Below are positions 47,039 to 57,150 of a stretch of 64,000 nt of DNA, piece by piece. The notes under the pieces were generated by a model, which saw only the letters and a program-made list of their open reading frames with translations, ran no database searches and was not told the origin of the DNA. The translations under genes were made by a program, and so were the position numbers. Each line of letters starts with the position of its first letter. Position 1 is the stretch's first letter. This stretch comes from Nitrospirota bacterium (GTDB taxonomy: Bacteria > Nitrospirota > Thermodesulfovibrionia > Thermodesulfovibrionales > Dissulfurispiraceae), in assembly GCA_021792185.1 (NCBI GenBank), contig JAJYVD010000002.1, forward strand, positions 14,759 through 78,758, read 5' to 3'.

Positions 47039-47452
47039 TTATTTCTTCTGCATTCTGTCGCCTTTTTTCTGCATGCGATCTCCCTGCCTCTGCATGCGCT
47101 CGCCTTTCTTCTCCATCATGTCGCCCTGCTTCTGCATCATTTCTCCTCTGCGCTCCATTTTTTCGCCGGTCCTTTCCATCTTTTCAGCGGCCTTCTCGTG
47201 CCCGGCCTCCCTCATTTTTTCCGACCTTTCCTGAAGCATTTCTCCCTTCTTTTCGAGCATCTCGCCTCTCTTTCCCCTCTGCTCGCCCTTTTTCTCCATC
47301 ATCTCGCCGTGCTGCTCCCTCATTTCCCCGCGTTTCTCAAGGCGTTTTCCGGCCTTCTCTTTGGGGACAGGCCGTTCAGCCGCGATACCCTGAGGCATTT
47401 GAACCATAAGCAGTCCAAGGGCTACAGATAAACACACCAGAAGTCTTTTCAT
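47039..47452 (-). CDS. secreted Met/Lys/Glu/Gly-rich periodic repeat protein
   Basis: The start at 47452 has GGAGG. A signal peptide (MKRLLVCLSVALGLLMVQMPQGIAA) is followed by ~10 repeats of an ~11-residue unit (GEMMEKKGE / GDRMQKKGD). Confidence 0.55.
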   Translation of the reverse strand: MKRLLVCLSVALGLLMVQMPQGIAAERPVPKEKAGKRLEKRGEMREQHGEMMEKKGEQRGKRGEMLEKKGEMLQERSEKMREAGHEKAAEKMERTGEKMERRGEMMQKQGDMMEKKGERMQRQGDRMQKKGDRMQKK

Positions 47453-47542
47453 TTTCTTCCTCCATTTTTTTAATTTTGTTTTAAGTATACCACTAACCGG
47501 CGATTTATCAAATTCTTTAGAATAAGACTTATAGCACAATTT

Positions 47543-47558
47543 TGTTTCAAACGAGACA
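47543..47558 (+). promoter_or_regulatory. NifA-type upstream activator site (TGT-N10-ACA)
   Basis: TGTttcaaacgagACA followed by TAAATG, ~80 bp upstream of the nifH -24 element. The same ACATAAATG extension occurs at the nifB site. Confidence 0.6.
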
Positions 47559-47634
47559 TAAATGTAATAAAAGAAAATTAGCGGAACGGCCGGTTTCCCC
47601 ATGTTTCTTTTTAATATCAACAAATATCTGTTTC

Positions 47635-47650
47635 TGGCACGCTCATTGCT
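47635..47650 (+). promoter_or_regulatory. sigma-54 promoter of nifH
   Basis: TGGCAC-gctca-TTGCT, a perfect -24/-12 consensus spacing. Confidence 0.85.
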
Positions 47651-47663
47651 TTATCTTTATTAG

Positions 47664-48536
<873 letters not shown>

Positions 48537-48575
48537 ACCGGTAGAGCAATCAATACATAAAGGTAAGGAGACAAT

Positions 48576-50003
48576 ATGAGCACGGCGATTAAAGACACCC
48601 AGAAAATGATAGAAGAGGTTCTGGATGCCTATCCTGAAAAGACCAAGAAGGATAGGGCGAAACATTTAGCTGCAAACGATCCGAGCGGACAGTGCAGCAC
48701 ATGCCAGGTAAAGTCCAATGTAAAATCACGGCCGGGCGTTATGACCGTCAGGGGCTGCGCTTACGCAGGTGCAAAGGGCGTTGTATGGGGCCCTGTAAAA
48801 GATCAGGTAACGATCAGCCACGGGCCGGTAGGCTGCGGGCAATACAGTTGGTGGTCGCGCAGGAATTATTACAACGGTCAGACGGGAGTCGATACCTTCG
48901 GCACAATGCACATAACAACTGATTTTCAGGAAAGGGATATAGTTTACGGCGGAGACAAAAATCTTCATGCCGCGCTGCACGAACTGAAGGAGCTTTTCCC
49001 TCTCGCAAAGAGCATGGGCATACTGTCGGAGTGTCCTGTGGGCCTTATTGGAGACGACATAGAGTCCGTATCAAAAAAGGCGTCTAAAGAATTGAGCATT
49101 CCAATAGTGCCGGTGCGCTGCGAGGGCTTCAGGGGCGTGAGCCAGTCTCTCGGCCATCATATCGCAAACGATACGATCAGGGATTATATTCTCGGCAAAG
49201 GAGAGCTTGATAAATCCACACCGTATGACGTCGCCCTTATAGGAGATTACAACATCGGCGGCGACGCGTGGGCCTCGAGAAAGATGCTCGAAGAACTGGG
49301 ACTGAGGGTCATCGCCCAGTGGACAGGGGATGCGTCCATTAACGAGATGGGCATAGCGCACAAGGCAAAGCTTAACCTTGTTCACTGTTACAGGTCGATG
49401 AACTATATCTGCAGGCACATGGAGGAGACATACGGCACCCCGTGGGTTGAATTCAATTTCTTCGGCCCTACAAAGATATACCAGAGCATCAGGAAGATAG
49501 CGTCGCATTTCGATGACAGGATAAAAGAGAACGCAGAGAAGATGATAGAGAAGTATAAACCCGTTATGGACAAGATAGTCGAAGCATACAAGCCGAGGCT
49601 CGAAGGCAAGAAGGTAATGCTCTATGTGGGCGGCCTGAGGCCGAGACATACCATAGGCGCGTATGAAGACCTCGGCATGGAGGTTATCGCATCGGGATAC
49701 GAATTCGGACATAACGACGATTACAAAAGGACATATCCCGATATGAAGGAAGGCGCGGTTATCATGGATGACGCCACGCTTTACGAAATGGAGGAATTCA
49801 CCAGGAGGCTCAGGCCTGATATGGTCGGTTCGGGCATTAAGGAGAAGTATTCATATCACAAGATGGGAGTGCCTTTCAGACAGATGCATTCGTGGGATTA
49901 TTCAGGGCCGTATCACGGCTTTGACGGGTTCCCGGTATTCGCAAGGGACATGGACATGACGGTAAACAGCCCTACATGGGATTTGATACGGAGGAAAAGA
50001 TGA
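48576..50003 (+). CDS. nifD: nitrogenase MoFe protein alpha chain NifD
   Basis: [35 protein letters not shown] and the C-terminal cofactor His region. No G-subunit gene lies between D and K. Confidence 0.9.
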   Translation: MSTAIKDTQKMIEEVLDAYPEKTKKDRAKHLAANDPSGQCSTCQVKSNVKSRPGVMTVRGCAYAGAKGVVWGPVKDQVTISHGPVGCGQYSWWSRRNYYNGQTGVDTFGTMHITTDFQERDIVYGGDKNLHAALHELKELFPLAKSMGILSECPVGLIGDDIESVSKKASKELSIPIVPVRCEGFRGVSQSLGHHIANDTIRDYILGKGELDKSTPYDVALIGDYNIGGDAWASRKMLEELGLRVIAQWTGDASINEMGIAHKAKLNLVHCYRSMNYICRHMEETYGTPWVEFNFFGPTKIYQSIRKIASHFDDRIKENAEKMIEKYKPVMDKIVEAYKPRLEGKKVMLYVGGLRPRHTIGAYEDLGMEVIASGYEFGHNDDYKRTYPDMKEGAVIMDDATLYEMEEFTRRLRPDMVGSGIKEKYSYHKMGVPFRQMHSWDYSGPYHGFDGFPVFARDMDMTVNSPTWDLIRRKR

Positions 50004-51526
50004 TAAGGCTAAAGATAAGAGACCATAACGACCTTTTTCAGGGGCAGGAGTATGTCGAGCAGTTCGAGCGGAAGAAAGAGTTCGAGAAGGGTCCTTCGGA
50101 CGATGAGATCAGGCGCGTGGCCGAGTGGACTAAGTCTGAAGAGTATAAAGAGCTGAACTTTAAGAGACAGAACATAAAGATAAATCCTGCCAAGGCATGC
50201 CAGCCTCTCGGCGCGGTCTTCTGCGCCTCGGGCTTTGAAGGCACGATGCCTTTTGTGCAGGGGGCGCAGGGCTGCGTGGCATATTTCAGGAGCCATCTGA
50301 ACAGGCACTTCAAGGAGCCTTTCGCGGCCATATCCACATCAATGACAGAGGATGCGGCTGTTTTCGGAGGGCTGAACAATATGCTCGAAGGGCTTGAAAA
50401 CGCCTATACGCTTTACAAGCCGAAAATGATTGCGGTCTCAACTACCTGCATGGCGGAGGTTATCGGCGACGACCTGAACGCATATATAAAACAGGCGCGG
50501 GACAAGGGCATTATCCCGAAAGATCTGCCCGTGCCGTTTGCGCACACCCCGAGTTTTGTAGGCTCATATATAACCGGCTATGACAACATGTTGAAGGGAA
50601 TACTCTCAAGCATTACGGCAGGCAAGAAAGGCGAGCCGAACGGCCCAAATAAAAATAAACTGAATTTCATTCCGGGCTTCGACACCTATACAGGCGATTA
50701 TTTCGAGTTGAAGAGGCTGATGAACATGATGGGAGTCAAGCATACTGTCTTAGCGGATGTAAGCAATGTGTTCGATTCTCCGAATACCGGCGAGTACAAG
50801 CTCTATCCGGGCGGCACTCCGCTTTCTGACGCGATGGATTCGATCAATGCCGATGCTGTTGTCGCGCTTCAGAAATACTCGACGCTTAAGACTATGGAAT
50901 ATATCGGGAAAGAATGGAATCAGAAGACTGCCGTTCTTACTCCCATAGGCATAAAAAATACGGACAGGTTTTTTGAGGAAATAAGCAAGATTACGGGCAA
51001 ACCCGTGCCTCAGGAAATAGAGGACGAGCGCGGCAGGGCTGTTGACGCGATGATCGACTCTCATCCTTACGTGCACGGAAAGAGGTTTGCGCTGGTCGGA
51101 GACCCGGACATGCTGATGGGGCTGGTGAGCTTCCTGATGGAGATGGGAGGTATTCCTGTACATATCGTCTGCACCATGGGAGATAAAAAATTCGAGGAGG
51201 ATATGAACGCCCTTTTGAGCGAGAGCCCGTTCGGAGTGGAAGCCAAGGTCTATGTAGGCAAGGACATGTGGCATTTGAGGTCTCTGCTTTTCACCGAGCC
51301 GGTAGATCTGTTAATCGGGAATTCGTACGCGAAGTTCCTCTGGAGAGACACGGAGACCCCGCTTGTCAGGATAGGGTTCCCGCTCTTTGACAGGCATCAT
51401 CTTCACAGGTATCCGGTAATCGGCTATCAGGGAGTGATAAACCTCGTGAGTTCGGTTGTGAATACGGTTTTGGATGAGATGGACAGAAAGACGATTAATA
51501 CCACGAGCTTTGATGTAATCAGGTAG
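50000..51526 (+). CDS. nifK: nitrogenase MoFe protein beta chain NifK
   Basis: [18 protein letters not shown] and P-cluster Cys positions. ATG 50000 overlaps the nifD stop (ATGA). Confidence 0.9.
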   Translation: MIRLKIRDHNDLFQGQEYVEQFERKKEFEKGPSDDEIRRVAEWTKSEEYKELNFKRQNIKINPAKACQPLGAVFCASGFEGTMPFVQGAQGCVAYFRSHLNRHFKEPFAAISTSMTEDAAVFGGLNNMLEGLENAYTLYKPKMIAVSTTCMAEVIGDDLNAYIKQARDKGIIPKDLPVPFAHTPSFVGSYITGYDNMLKGILSSITAGKKGEPNGPNKNKLNFIPGFDTYTGDYFELKRLMNMMGVKHTVLADVSNVFDSPNTGEYKLYPGGTPLSDAMDSINADAVVALQKYSTLKTMEYIGKEWNQKTAVLTPIGIKNTDRFFEEISKITGKPVPQEIEDERGRAVDAMIDSHPYVHGKRFALVGDPDMLMGLVSFLMEMGGIPVHIVCTMGDKKFEEDMNALLSESPFGVEAKVYVGKDMWHLRSLLFTEPVDLLIGNSYAKFLWRDTETPLVRIGFPLFDRHHLHRYPVIGYQGVINLVSSVVNTVLDEMDRKTINTTSFDVIR

Positions 51527-51549
51527 GAATATAGAAGGAGAGATCTGAA

Positions 51550-54258
51550 ATGACTACGGGACTGGACAAATATTTCGAGCACGGCTGCGGCGCGGAGAAG
51601 AAGGACAAGGTCTGCCGTTCGCGGGGCGGGGAATCGTGCGCATTTGACGGCGCAATGATAGTCCTTCAGCCCATAGCCGATGCCGCTCATATCGTCCACG
51701 GCCCGATTGCATGCTGCGGCAATTCGTGGGAAGGAAGGGGAACTCTGTCATCAAAGGGCAGCCTCCACAAGATGGGTTTTACAACGGATATGAGCGAGAT
51801 GGATATCATCTATGGCTCTGAAAACAAGCTCTATGAAGCGATATTGCGTACTTATGAAGCGGTAAGGCCGAAGGCGATATTTGTTCACGCAACCTGCGTG
51901 AGCGGCTTGATAGGAGAAGACATCGAGGCGGTCTGTAAAAAGGCCGAAGCATCTCTCGGCATTCGGGTGATTCCCGTAAATGCGCCGGGATTTGTCGGCC
52001 CTAAGAATCTCGGAAACAGAATAGCGGGAGAGGTTTTGCTCGATTATGTGATAGGAACCGGCAAGCCGTCTGAAGGGGACAGTCCCGATTCTACGACTTC
52101 GCTTCCCTTCGCCCGTAAATCTGGCGCCCGTAAATCCGGGACAGTCCCCAATTTAATCAATCTTATAGGCGAATACAACATAGCGGGCGATTTATGGCTT
52201 GTCGAGCCAGTCCTTAAAAAAGCAGGAATAAGGGTTCTTTCGAGGATGACAGGCGATTCGACATTTGAGGAGATAACATACGCGCACCGTGCGAAGCTGA
52301 ACGTGGTGGTATGCAGCCGCGCGTTGATAAACATTGCGAGGGAGATGGAAAGGAAATACGGAATCCCGTATATCGAAGTCTCCTTCTTCGGGAAAACCGA
52401 GATGTCGAAGGCTATGAGGCTTATCGCCTCAAATTTCAAATCTCAAATTTCAAATCTCAAATTGACGGAGAAGGTTGAAACAATCATTGAAGAGGAAGAA
52501 AAACGACTCGAAGAAAAATTGAAGGCTTATGAAAATTTGAAAGGCAAAAAGGCCGTGCTTTATACAGGCGGCGTGAAGAGCTGGTCTTTTATTTCCGCGC
52601 TTATGGATTTGGGGATAGAGATCGTCGCCGTCGGCACAAAGAAAAGCAGCCTTGAAGACGAAGAGAAGATGAAAGAGATATTGGGGCAGGATGCGCCTCT
52701 TGTTGAAGACGTAACACCCAAGAACCTGCTCAGGCTTCTGAAAGATAAAAATGCGGATATCCTCATCGCGGGCGGAAGGAACCAGTATCTTGCCGTAAAA
52801 GAGGGGTATCCATTTGTGGATGTCAATCAGGAAAGGCATACGGCATATGCGGGATACGACGGATTGATAAATTTAGCCGGGCAGATAAGCAGCGGTCTGC
52901 GCTTTTATGCAAAGCATAGGGCATACATGTCGAATAAGACTTATACTCGAAGCCATGGAAAGGGGACTGTCCAGGATTTACGGGCGGGTTCATCTATGGC
53001 TTTGGGCGAAGCCGTAGAATCGGGACTGTCCCCGCGAATTAAGAAAAAAGAAATTCTTATCAACCCGTTGAAGCACTCTCAGGCTATCGGCGCCGCTATA
53101 GCATTTCAGGGGATTGATAAGGCGCTTCCTATTATTCACGGAGCGCAGGGATGCACTTTTTTAGGAAAGGTGCTTTTGACAAAGCATTTCAGGGAGCCGA
53201 TCGCCCTCGCATCCACAAAGCTCTTTACGGAGAATGTTGTTATGGGAAGCGAGGACAATATAACAAAAACGGTCGAAGGATTTATCGAAAAGAACAATCC
53301 CGCTTTGATAGGAATTTTTACATCGGGACTCTCGGAAGTGAAGGGCGATGATATTATGGCTTCAGCGAAGGGGCTGGATGTTTCAAACGGCGGGACAACG
53401 GTGCTGCATGTCCCTACCCCGGATTATGAAGGAGGATTGGAAACAGGGTATGCGAAAGCCGTAGAGGCGATTCTTGATGTTGTTACGGGGAATGCTGCGA
53501 ATATGCGCAGTTCACGGGTCACGGAAAAACAGATTAATGTTATTTCAGGCTCGCATCTCAGCCCGGCCGATTTTACGGAACTGAGGGAGATAATAGAATC
53601 ATTCGGCTTAATGCCTATAATTCTGCCTGACCTGTCCGTGCTCGACGGAAGCAGGCAGGGTATGTCGGCCATTGCGATCGGAGGCGCAAGTATCGATGAA
53701 ATCAGCGGGATGTCGAAATCGGAATTTACCCTTGCGATAGGCTCAAGCATGGAGGCTTCCGCCAGGAAGCTGAAGGAAAGGTTCGGCATAGAATACCGGG
53801 TATTTGAGAGCATTGCCGGATTAAAGGATACGGACATGTTCATGGAGACGCTTTCGATGTTGAGCGGCAGGCCTGTTCCAAAAAAATACGAAAGGCAGAG
53901 GCGGAGTTTAATAGACGGGATGAGGGACGCGCATTTTTATTACGGCGATAAAAAGGTATGCATAGCGCTGGAGCGTGATCTGTCTATTCAGGCGTCGAGA
54001 TTGCTTGATGAGATGGGCGCTGAAATTGAAAGCGTCGATGTTAATTCGGGAGACCTGTTTTCTGTCGAGGGTAATTTTGACCTGCTTATTTCAAATTCCC
54101 ATGCGGAAGATGCAGCAAAGAGGCTCGGAGCGCCTTTGTATCAGATGGGGTTCCCTGTCTACAAAGTTCTGGGAAATAACCACAGGATTACTATCGGATA
54201 CAGAGGGACTCTGAATATGATTAATGATATAGCAAATTCACTGGCAGGAGTAAATTAG
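51550..54258 (+). CDS. nifEN: fused FeMo-cofactor scaffold NifE-NifN
   Basis: 902 aa in a single ORF. The N-terminal ~460 aa are NifE-like (CAFDGA, HGPIACCGNSWEGRG, INLIGEYNIAGD). The C-terminal ~410 aa are NifN-like (INPLKHSQAIGAAIAFQGI..IHGAQGCT). Confidence 0.85.
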   Translation: MTTGLDKYFEHGCGAEKKDKVCRSRGGESCAFDGAMIVLQPIADAAHIVHGPIACCGNSWEGRGTLSSKGSLHKMGFTTDMSEMDIIYGSENKLYEAILRTYEAVRPKAIFVHATCVSGLIGEDIEAVCKKAEASLGIRVIPVNAPGFVGPKNLGNRIAGEVLLDYVIGTGKPSEGDSPDSTTSLPFARKSGARKSGTVPNLINLIGEYNIAGDLWLVEPVLKKAGIRVLSRMTGDSTFEEITYAHRAKLNVVVCSRALINIAREMERKYGIPYIEVSFFGKTEMSKAMRLIASNFKSQISNLKLTEKVETIIEEEEKRLEEKLKAYENLKGKKAVLYTGGVKSWSFISALMDLGIEIVAVGTKKSSLEDEEKMKEILGQDAPLVEDVTPKNLLRLLKDKNADILIAGGRNQYLAVKEGYPFVDVNQERHTAYAGYDGLINLAGQISSGLRFYAKHRAYMSNKTYTRSHGKGTVQDLRAGSSMALGEAVESGLSPRIKKKEILINPLKHSQAIGAAIAFQGIDKALPIIHGAQGCTFLGKVLLTKHFREPIALASTKLFTENVVMGSEDNITKTVEGFIEKNNPALIGIFTSGLSEVKGDDIMASAKGLDVSNGGTTVLHVPTPDYEGGLETGYAKAVEAILDVVTGNAANMRSSRVTEKQINVISGSHLSPADFTELREIIESFGLMPIILPDLSVLDGSRQGMSAIAIGGASIDEISGMSKSEFTLAIGSSMEASARKLKERFGIEYRVFESIAGLKDTDMFMETLSMLSGRPVPKKYERQRRSLIDGMRDAHFYYGDKKVCIALERDLSIQASRLLDEMGAEIESVDVNSGDLFSVEGNFDLLISNSHAEDAAKRLGAPLYQMGFPVYKVLGNNHRITIGYRGTLNMINDIANSLAGVN
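52075..52149 (+). repeat. R2 palindrome-bounded 75-bp element inside the NifE coding region
   Basis: ggggacagtccc...cccgtaaatc tg gcg cccgtaaatc c gggacagtcccc. Exactly 25 codons (GDSPDSTTSLPFARKSGARKSGTVP). Confidence 0.8.
52429..52463 (+). repeat. tandem heptamer array (TCAAATY x5) inside NifE
   Basis: tcaaatt tcaaatc tcaaatt tcaaatc tcaaatt read directly. Encodes NFKSQISNLKL. Confidence 0.75.
52962..53033 (-). repeat. R2 element, inverted copy, 72 bp, in the NifE-NifN linker
   Basis: ggggactgtccaggatttacggg...gtagaatcgggactgtcccc is the reverse complement of the ends of the 52075 copy. Exactly 24 codons long. Confidence 0.8.
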
Positions 54259-54287
54259 TTGTGAGGCAGTTATTTGAGAATAATGGA

Positions 54288-54414
54288 GGAAGGGCATGGT
54301 ATTGGAGCGACTTCGGCAGCCCAAGCGTATCAAGGACAGAGGAGCGGGCTGGCGTAGCTTCGGAGGAAGGCTTGGATGCCTTCCGAGAATGAAGCGGAAA
54401 TATTATGTCCTTCC
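54288..54414 (+). repeat. R1 nested-hairpin repeat, copy 4 (variant A)
   Basis: ggaagggcat-gGTATTGGAGCGACTTCGGCAGCCC...GGAAGGCTTGGATGCCTTCC GAGAATGAAGCGGAAATAT-t-atgtccttcc. Confidence 0.9.
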
Positions 54415-54451
54415 TCAGAGAAGCATTAAACGTTTGTAAGGAGGTGCACAA

Positions 54452-54844
54452 ATGAAAATCGCATTTGCTACAACTGACGGCGTGATGGTGGACGAGCATT
54501 TCGGCAGGGCAGGAATGTTCGCGGTGTATGAATTGACCAATGACGGCTATAAATTCCTTGAGATGAGAAAGTTTGCCGAGGGAAGGGATTCGGCAGTAGA
54601 AGATACCAAGGGAATGGGACACGCTCACGACGAAAAGGTGCAGGGCAAAGTGGATAAACTGGCGGACTGCAAGATCATATATCTGACCGAAATAGGCGGG
54701 CCTTCCGCGGCCCGGCTTGCAAGAAAAGGGATTATGCCCGTAAAGGTGAAAGAGATCGTTTCGATCGAGGAGTCGATGAAGAAAATAATGGAGACAGTGA
54801 AGACATCGCCGCCGATATGGCTTAGAAAGGCGATGAATGATTAA
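54452..54844 (+). CDS. nifX: NifX/NafY-family FeMo-cofactor binding protein
   Basis: 130 aa starting MKIAFATTDG..VDEHFGRA..F.VYE (dinitrogenase FeMo-co biosynthesis domain). Confidence 0.75.
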   Translation: MKIAFATTDGVMVDEHFGRAGMFAVYELTNDGYKFLEMRKFAEGRDSAVEDTKGMGHAHDEKVQGKVDKLADCKIIYLTEIGGPSAARLARKGIMPVKVKEIVSIEESMKKIMETVKTSPPIWLRKAMND

Positions 54845-54857
54845 CAGTGGCTAATCA

Positions 54858-54985
54858 GACAGGACATAGTATTTACGCTTCATTCTCGGAAGGCATCCAA
54901 GCCTTCCTCCGAGGCTACGCCAGCCCGCTTAGCCGTCCATGGCACGCTATGGGCTGCCGAAGCCGCTCCAATACTATGTCCTGTC
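54858..54985 (-). repeat. R1 nested-hairpin repeat, copy 5 (variant A), inverted relative to copy 4
   Basis: gacaggacatagtat...atactatgtcctgtc, a 15-bp perfect outer stem. The core is nearly identical to the reverse complement of copy 4. Confidence 0.9.
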
Positions 54986-55020
54986 TATTATAAAAAACTC
55001 AATGAATAGGAGGAAGAGAA

Positions 55021-55338
55021 ATGAAGATGATCAGGGCGTTTATCAGACCGGAAAAAGAGCAGGAGGTTGTGCTGGCATTGGAGGGCGCGGGATTCCCGTC
55101 CCTTACAAAGATGCCTGTGTTCGGAAGGGGAAAACAGAAAGGGCTTCAGGTAGGTCCCGTGCATTACGACGAGCTTCCGAAGACCCTCCTAATGACGGTT
55201 GTCGATAATGAGGACGCGGACAAGGTGATCAAGATAATTCAGGATAAGGCGAAGACAGGTTTCATAGGCGACGGAAAGATATTCGTCAGCCCTGTGGAGA
55301 CCGCATATACCGTGAGAACAGGCGAGGCCGGGCTATGA
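55021..55338 (+). CDS. nifI1: PII-like nitrogenase regulator NifI1
   Basis: 105-aa GlnB-fold protein (MKMIRAFIRPEK ... GDGKIFVSPVE). Confidence 0.8.
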   Translation: MKMIRAFIRPEKEQEVVLALEGAGFPSLTKMPVFGRGKQKGLQVGPVHYDELPKTLLMTVVDNEDADKVIKIIQDKAKTGFIGDGKIFVSPVETAYTVRTGEAGL

Positions 55339-55751
55339 AAGAAATAACTGCGATCATAAGAAGGGATAAGCTCCCTGAAACAAAGACGGTGCTTGACGAA
55401 CTGGGCTACCCGTCACTCACTATCCAGAGCGTTGACGGCAGAGGAAAACAGAAAGGCGCTATGTGCGCTGAGATGGATTCAGAAATGCCTGACAGTTATT
55501 GCACTGCGGTGAAGCTGACTCCTACGCCTTCAACATATGCCCTTGAGCATACTCTTCCTAAGATAGCGCTGTATGTGCCGAAGAGGATGCTTACTATCGT
55601 GGTGCCTGATGACGTTGTGAGCAAGATTGTGAAGTCCATAATTAAGGTGAATCAGACAGGCCAGCACGGGGACGGAAAGATATTCGTCTCGCCGATAGAG
55701 GGAGCCGTAAGGGTGAGGACAGGAGAGCATGACGGAGAGGCTATAGCGTAA
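55335..55751 (+). CDS. nifI2: PII-like nitrogenase regulator NifI2 (extended T-loop)
   Basis: 138-aa GlnB-fold protein with a long insertion in the T-loop region. Overlaps the nifI1 stop. Confidence 0.8.
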   Translation: MKEITAIIRRDKLPETKTVLDELGYPSLTIQSVDGRGKQKGAMCAEMDSEMPDSYCTAVKLTPTPSTYALEHTLPKIALYVPKRMLTIVVPDDVVSKIVKSIIKVNQTGQHGDGKIFVSPIEGAVRVRTGEHDGEAIA

Positions 55752-55754
55752 GTC

Positions 55755-55885
55755 ACAGGCATGACATAGTATTTCCGCTCATTCTCGACAGGCATCCGAG
55801 CCTGTCTCCGAGGCACCGGCTCGGTTTCGCCGTCATGGCGAAACTTCGAGCCGCTGAAACCGCTTCAATACAATGTCATACCTGT
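55755..55885 (-). repeat. R1 nested-hairpin repeat, copy 6 (variant B)
   Basis: acaggcatgacatagtat...ttccgctcattctcgacaggcatccgagcctgtctccgagg...cgcttcaatacaatgtcatacctgt. Confidence 0.9.
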
Positions 55886-55928
55886 AATCTCATAGGGTTT
55901 GAACTGAAAAACAAGAAAGGAGAGCGTA

Positions 55929-56204
55929 ATGGCAATTATAGGATATACGAGAGGCGGTAAGGAATGGACGCCTAAATTCATCGAGTCTATTGACGTGGAG
56001 AAGTGCATCGGCTGCGGACGTTGCTATAAGGTCTGCAGCCGAGAGGTGCTTGAGCTTATAGAAAAGCCCTTTGAAGGGGAGGATGAGTACGGAGACGACA
56101 TGGGTAATAAGGTAATGTCGATAGCCAATCCGGAAGAGTGTATCGGATGCGAGGCATGCTCCCGCGCCTGCACAAAGAAATGCCATGTGCATATAGCGCT
56201 ATAG
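55929..56204 (+). CDS. fdxB: nif-associated ferredoxin III-like 2x[4Fe-4S] protein
   Basis: 91 aa with TRGGKEWTPKFIESIDVEKCIGCGRCYKVC and CIGCEACSRAC, the pattern of nif-specific ferredoxin III. Confidence 0.7.
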   Translation: MAIIGYTRGGKEWTPKFIESIDVEKCIGCGRCYKVCSREVLELIEKPFEGEDEYGDDMGNKVMSIANPEECIGCEACSRACTKKCHVHIAL

Positions 56205-56225
56205 AAGTGCGCGGAATTTTATTGC

Positions 56226-56942
56226 TTACGTGTTTTTGGATTCGATCTTGAAGGCCGGGTTTGGAGGAGTGTTTAAAACGCTCGCTATCATACGGTGTTC
56301 GTTAACCGATGCCCTGAGGCTGTTGATCCTGTTCGTCCAACCTTTAAGATACTTGCCGTATCTTTCGGGCCTTAATTCCGCAAGGCGTCTGTAGCGTTTT
56401 TCCCTTAGCTGCAGATAGGTATCTATATCGCCGCCGGATTTTTCGAGGAGCTTCTTTGCCGCTCCCGGGCTGTTTACGTAAGTGTCGAAGTGCACGAGGC
56501 TCATTGGGTAAGGCAAAGAGGCCGCCCCTGATTTTTCCCACATCTTTCTGTAGATGCCTTCGACCTCCGCCTGAGAGATATTTTTAATATCGCCCTTATA
56601 GCCGTATTGGCGCGCAGTGCTTTCGAGAATGCCGAAGCGCGAAGCCCCTCTTCCCCCGTCGTTTTTCACCAATCTATGTCCTTCATGCTTAAAAACGACT
56701 TTTAGGATTTCATTAAAAGGGTCCGCCGGTTTCGATGCCTCTGCCTGAATGTTTTGATTGATTATCCGATCGACAATGCCGTTAACGGTAGTATCTTCCT
56801 GTTTAATAGGGGTAAGAGATGAGAACAGCATTTTCTCGAATGTTCCGCTGCCTGTAATATCCTTGTTCGGTTTTTTGTTTTGTACCGTATCTACGGACTG
56901 ATCCGCAGGTTTGTTGAAAATCGGATTCGGGCGGTCAAGCAT
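56226..56942 (-). CDS. GH108-like / peptidoglycan-binding domain protein
   Basis: The central HEGHRLVKNDGGRGASRFGI resembles the EGGYVNDPxDPGGxTxxGI motif of glycoside hydrolase family 108. It is an opposite-strand gene inside the nif cluster. Confidence 0.55.
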   Translation of the reverse strand: MLDRPNPIFNKPADQSVDTVQNKKPNKDITGSGTFEKMLFSSLTPIKQEDTTVNGIVDRIINQNIQAEASKPADPFNEILKVVFKHEGHRLVKNDGGRGASRFGILESTARQYGYKGDIKNISQAEVEGIYRKMWEKSGAASLPYPMSLVHFDTYVNSPGAAKKLLEKSGGDIDTYLQLREKRYRRLAELRPERYGKYLKGWTNRINSLRASVNEHRMIASVLNTPPNPAFKIESKNT

Positions 56943-57013
56943 GTCTTTACCCCTCCGGTAAAATGGTTTGCATCAATTATACCAGAACAGCGGCTATTAT
57001 CAAACAACAAAAA

Positions 57014-57029
57014 TGTCTCAATAGCTACA
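57014..57029 (+). promoter_or_regulatory. NifA-type upstream activator site (TGT-N10-ACA) of nifB
   Basis: TGTctcaatagctACA followed by TAAATG, ~65 bp upstream of the -24 element. Confidence 0.6.
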
Positions 57030-57094
57030 TAAATGCATGAAAGCTGAAATCCGTAAAATCCGGCTTTCCCTATGATTTCATGAGCTTACACATC

Positions 57095-57110
57095 TGGCAT
57101 CGCTATTGCA
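57095..57110 (+). promoter_or_regulatory. sigma-54 promoter of nifB
   Basis: TGGCAT-cgcta-TTGCA. Confidence 0.8.
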
Positions 57111-57150
57111 TTTGTTAATGCAAGACTATTCTTTAAGGCGAGGTGGCTAT

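Noticed and set aside
46708-47409. 233-aa plus-strand ORF rich in Ser/Pro/Phe/Arg
   Set aside because: It is antisense to the EndoQ-like 5' end and to the periodic Met-rich gene. Its repetitiveness is the mirror image of that gene's 33-bp periodicity.
47453-47623. N-terminal extension of the Met-rich protein ORF
   Set aside because: The extension would cover the NifA-type UAS and lacks an SD. The ATG at 47452 has GGAGG and starts a proper signal peptide.
57106-57150. TTG start of the nifB ORF in the track, and the 62560 TTG start of the Fis-type ORF
   Set aside because: Both proposed start codons lie within or partly within the -12 elements of sigma-54 promoters, so they would not be on the transcript. 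Downstream ATGs with SD sequences were used instead.
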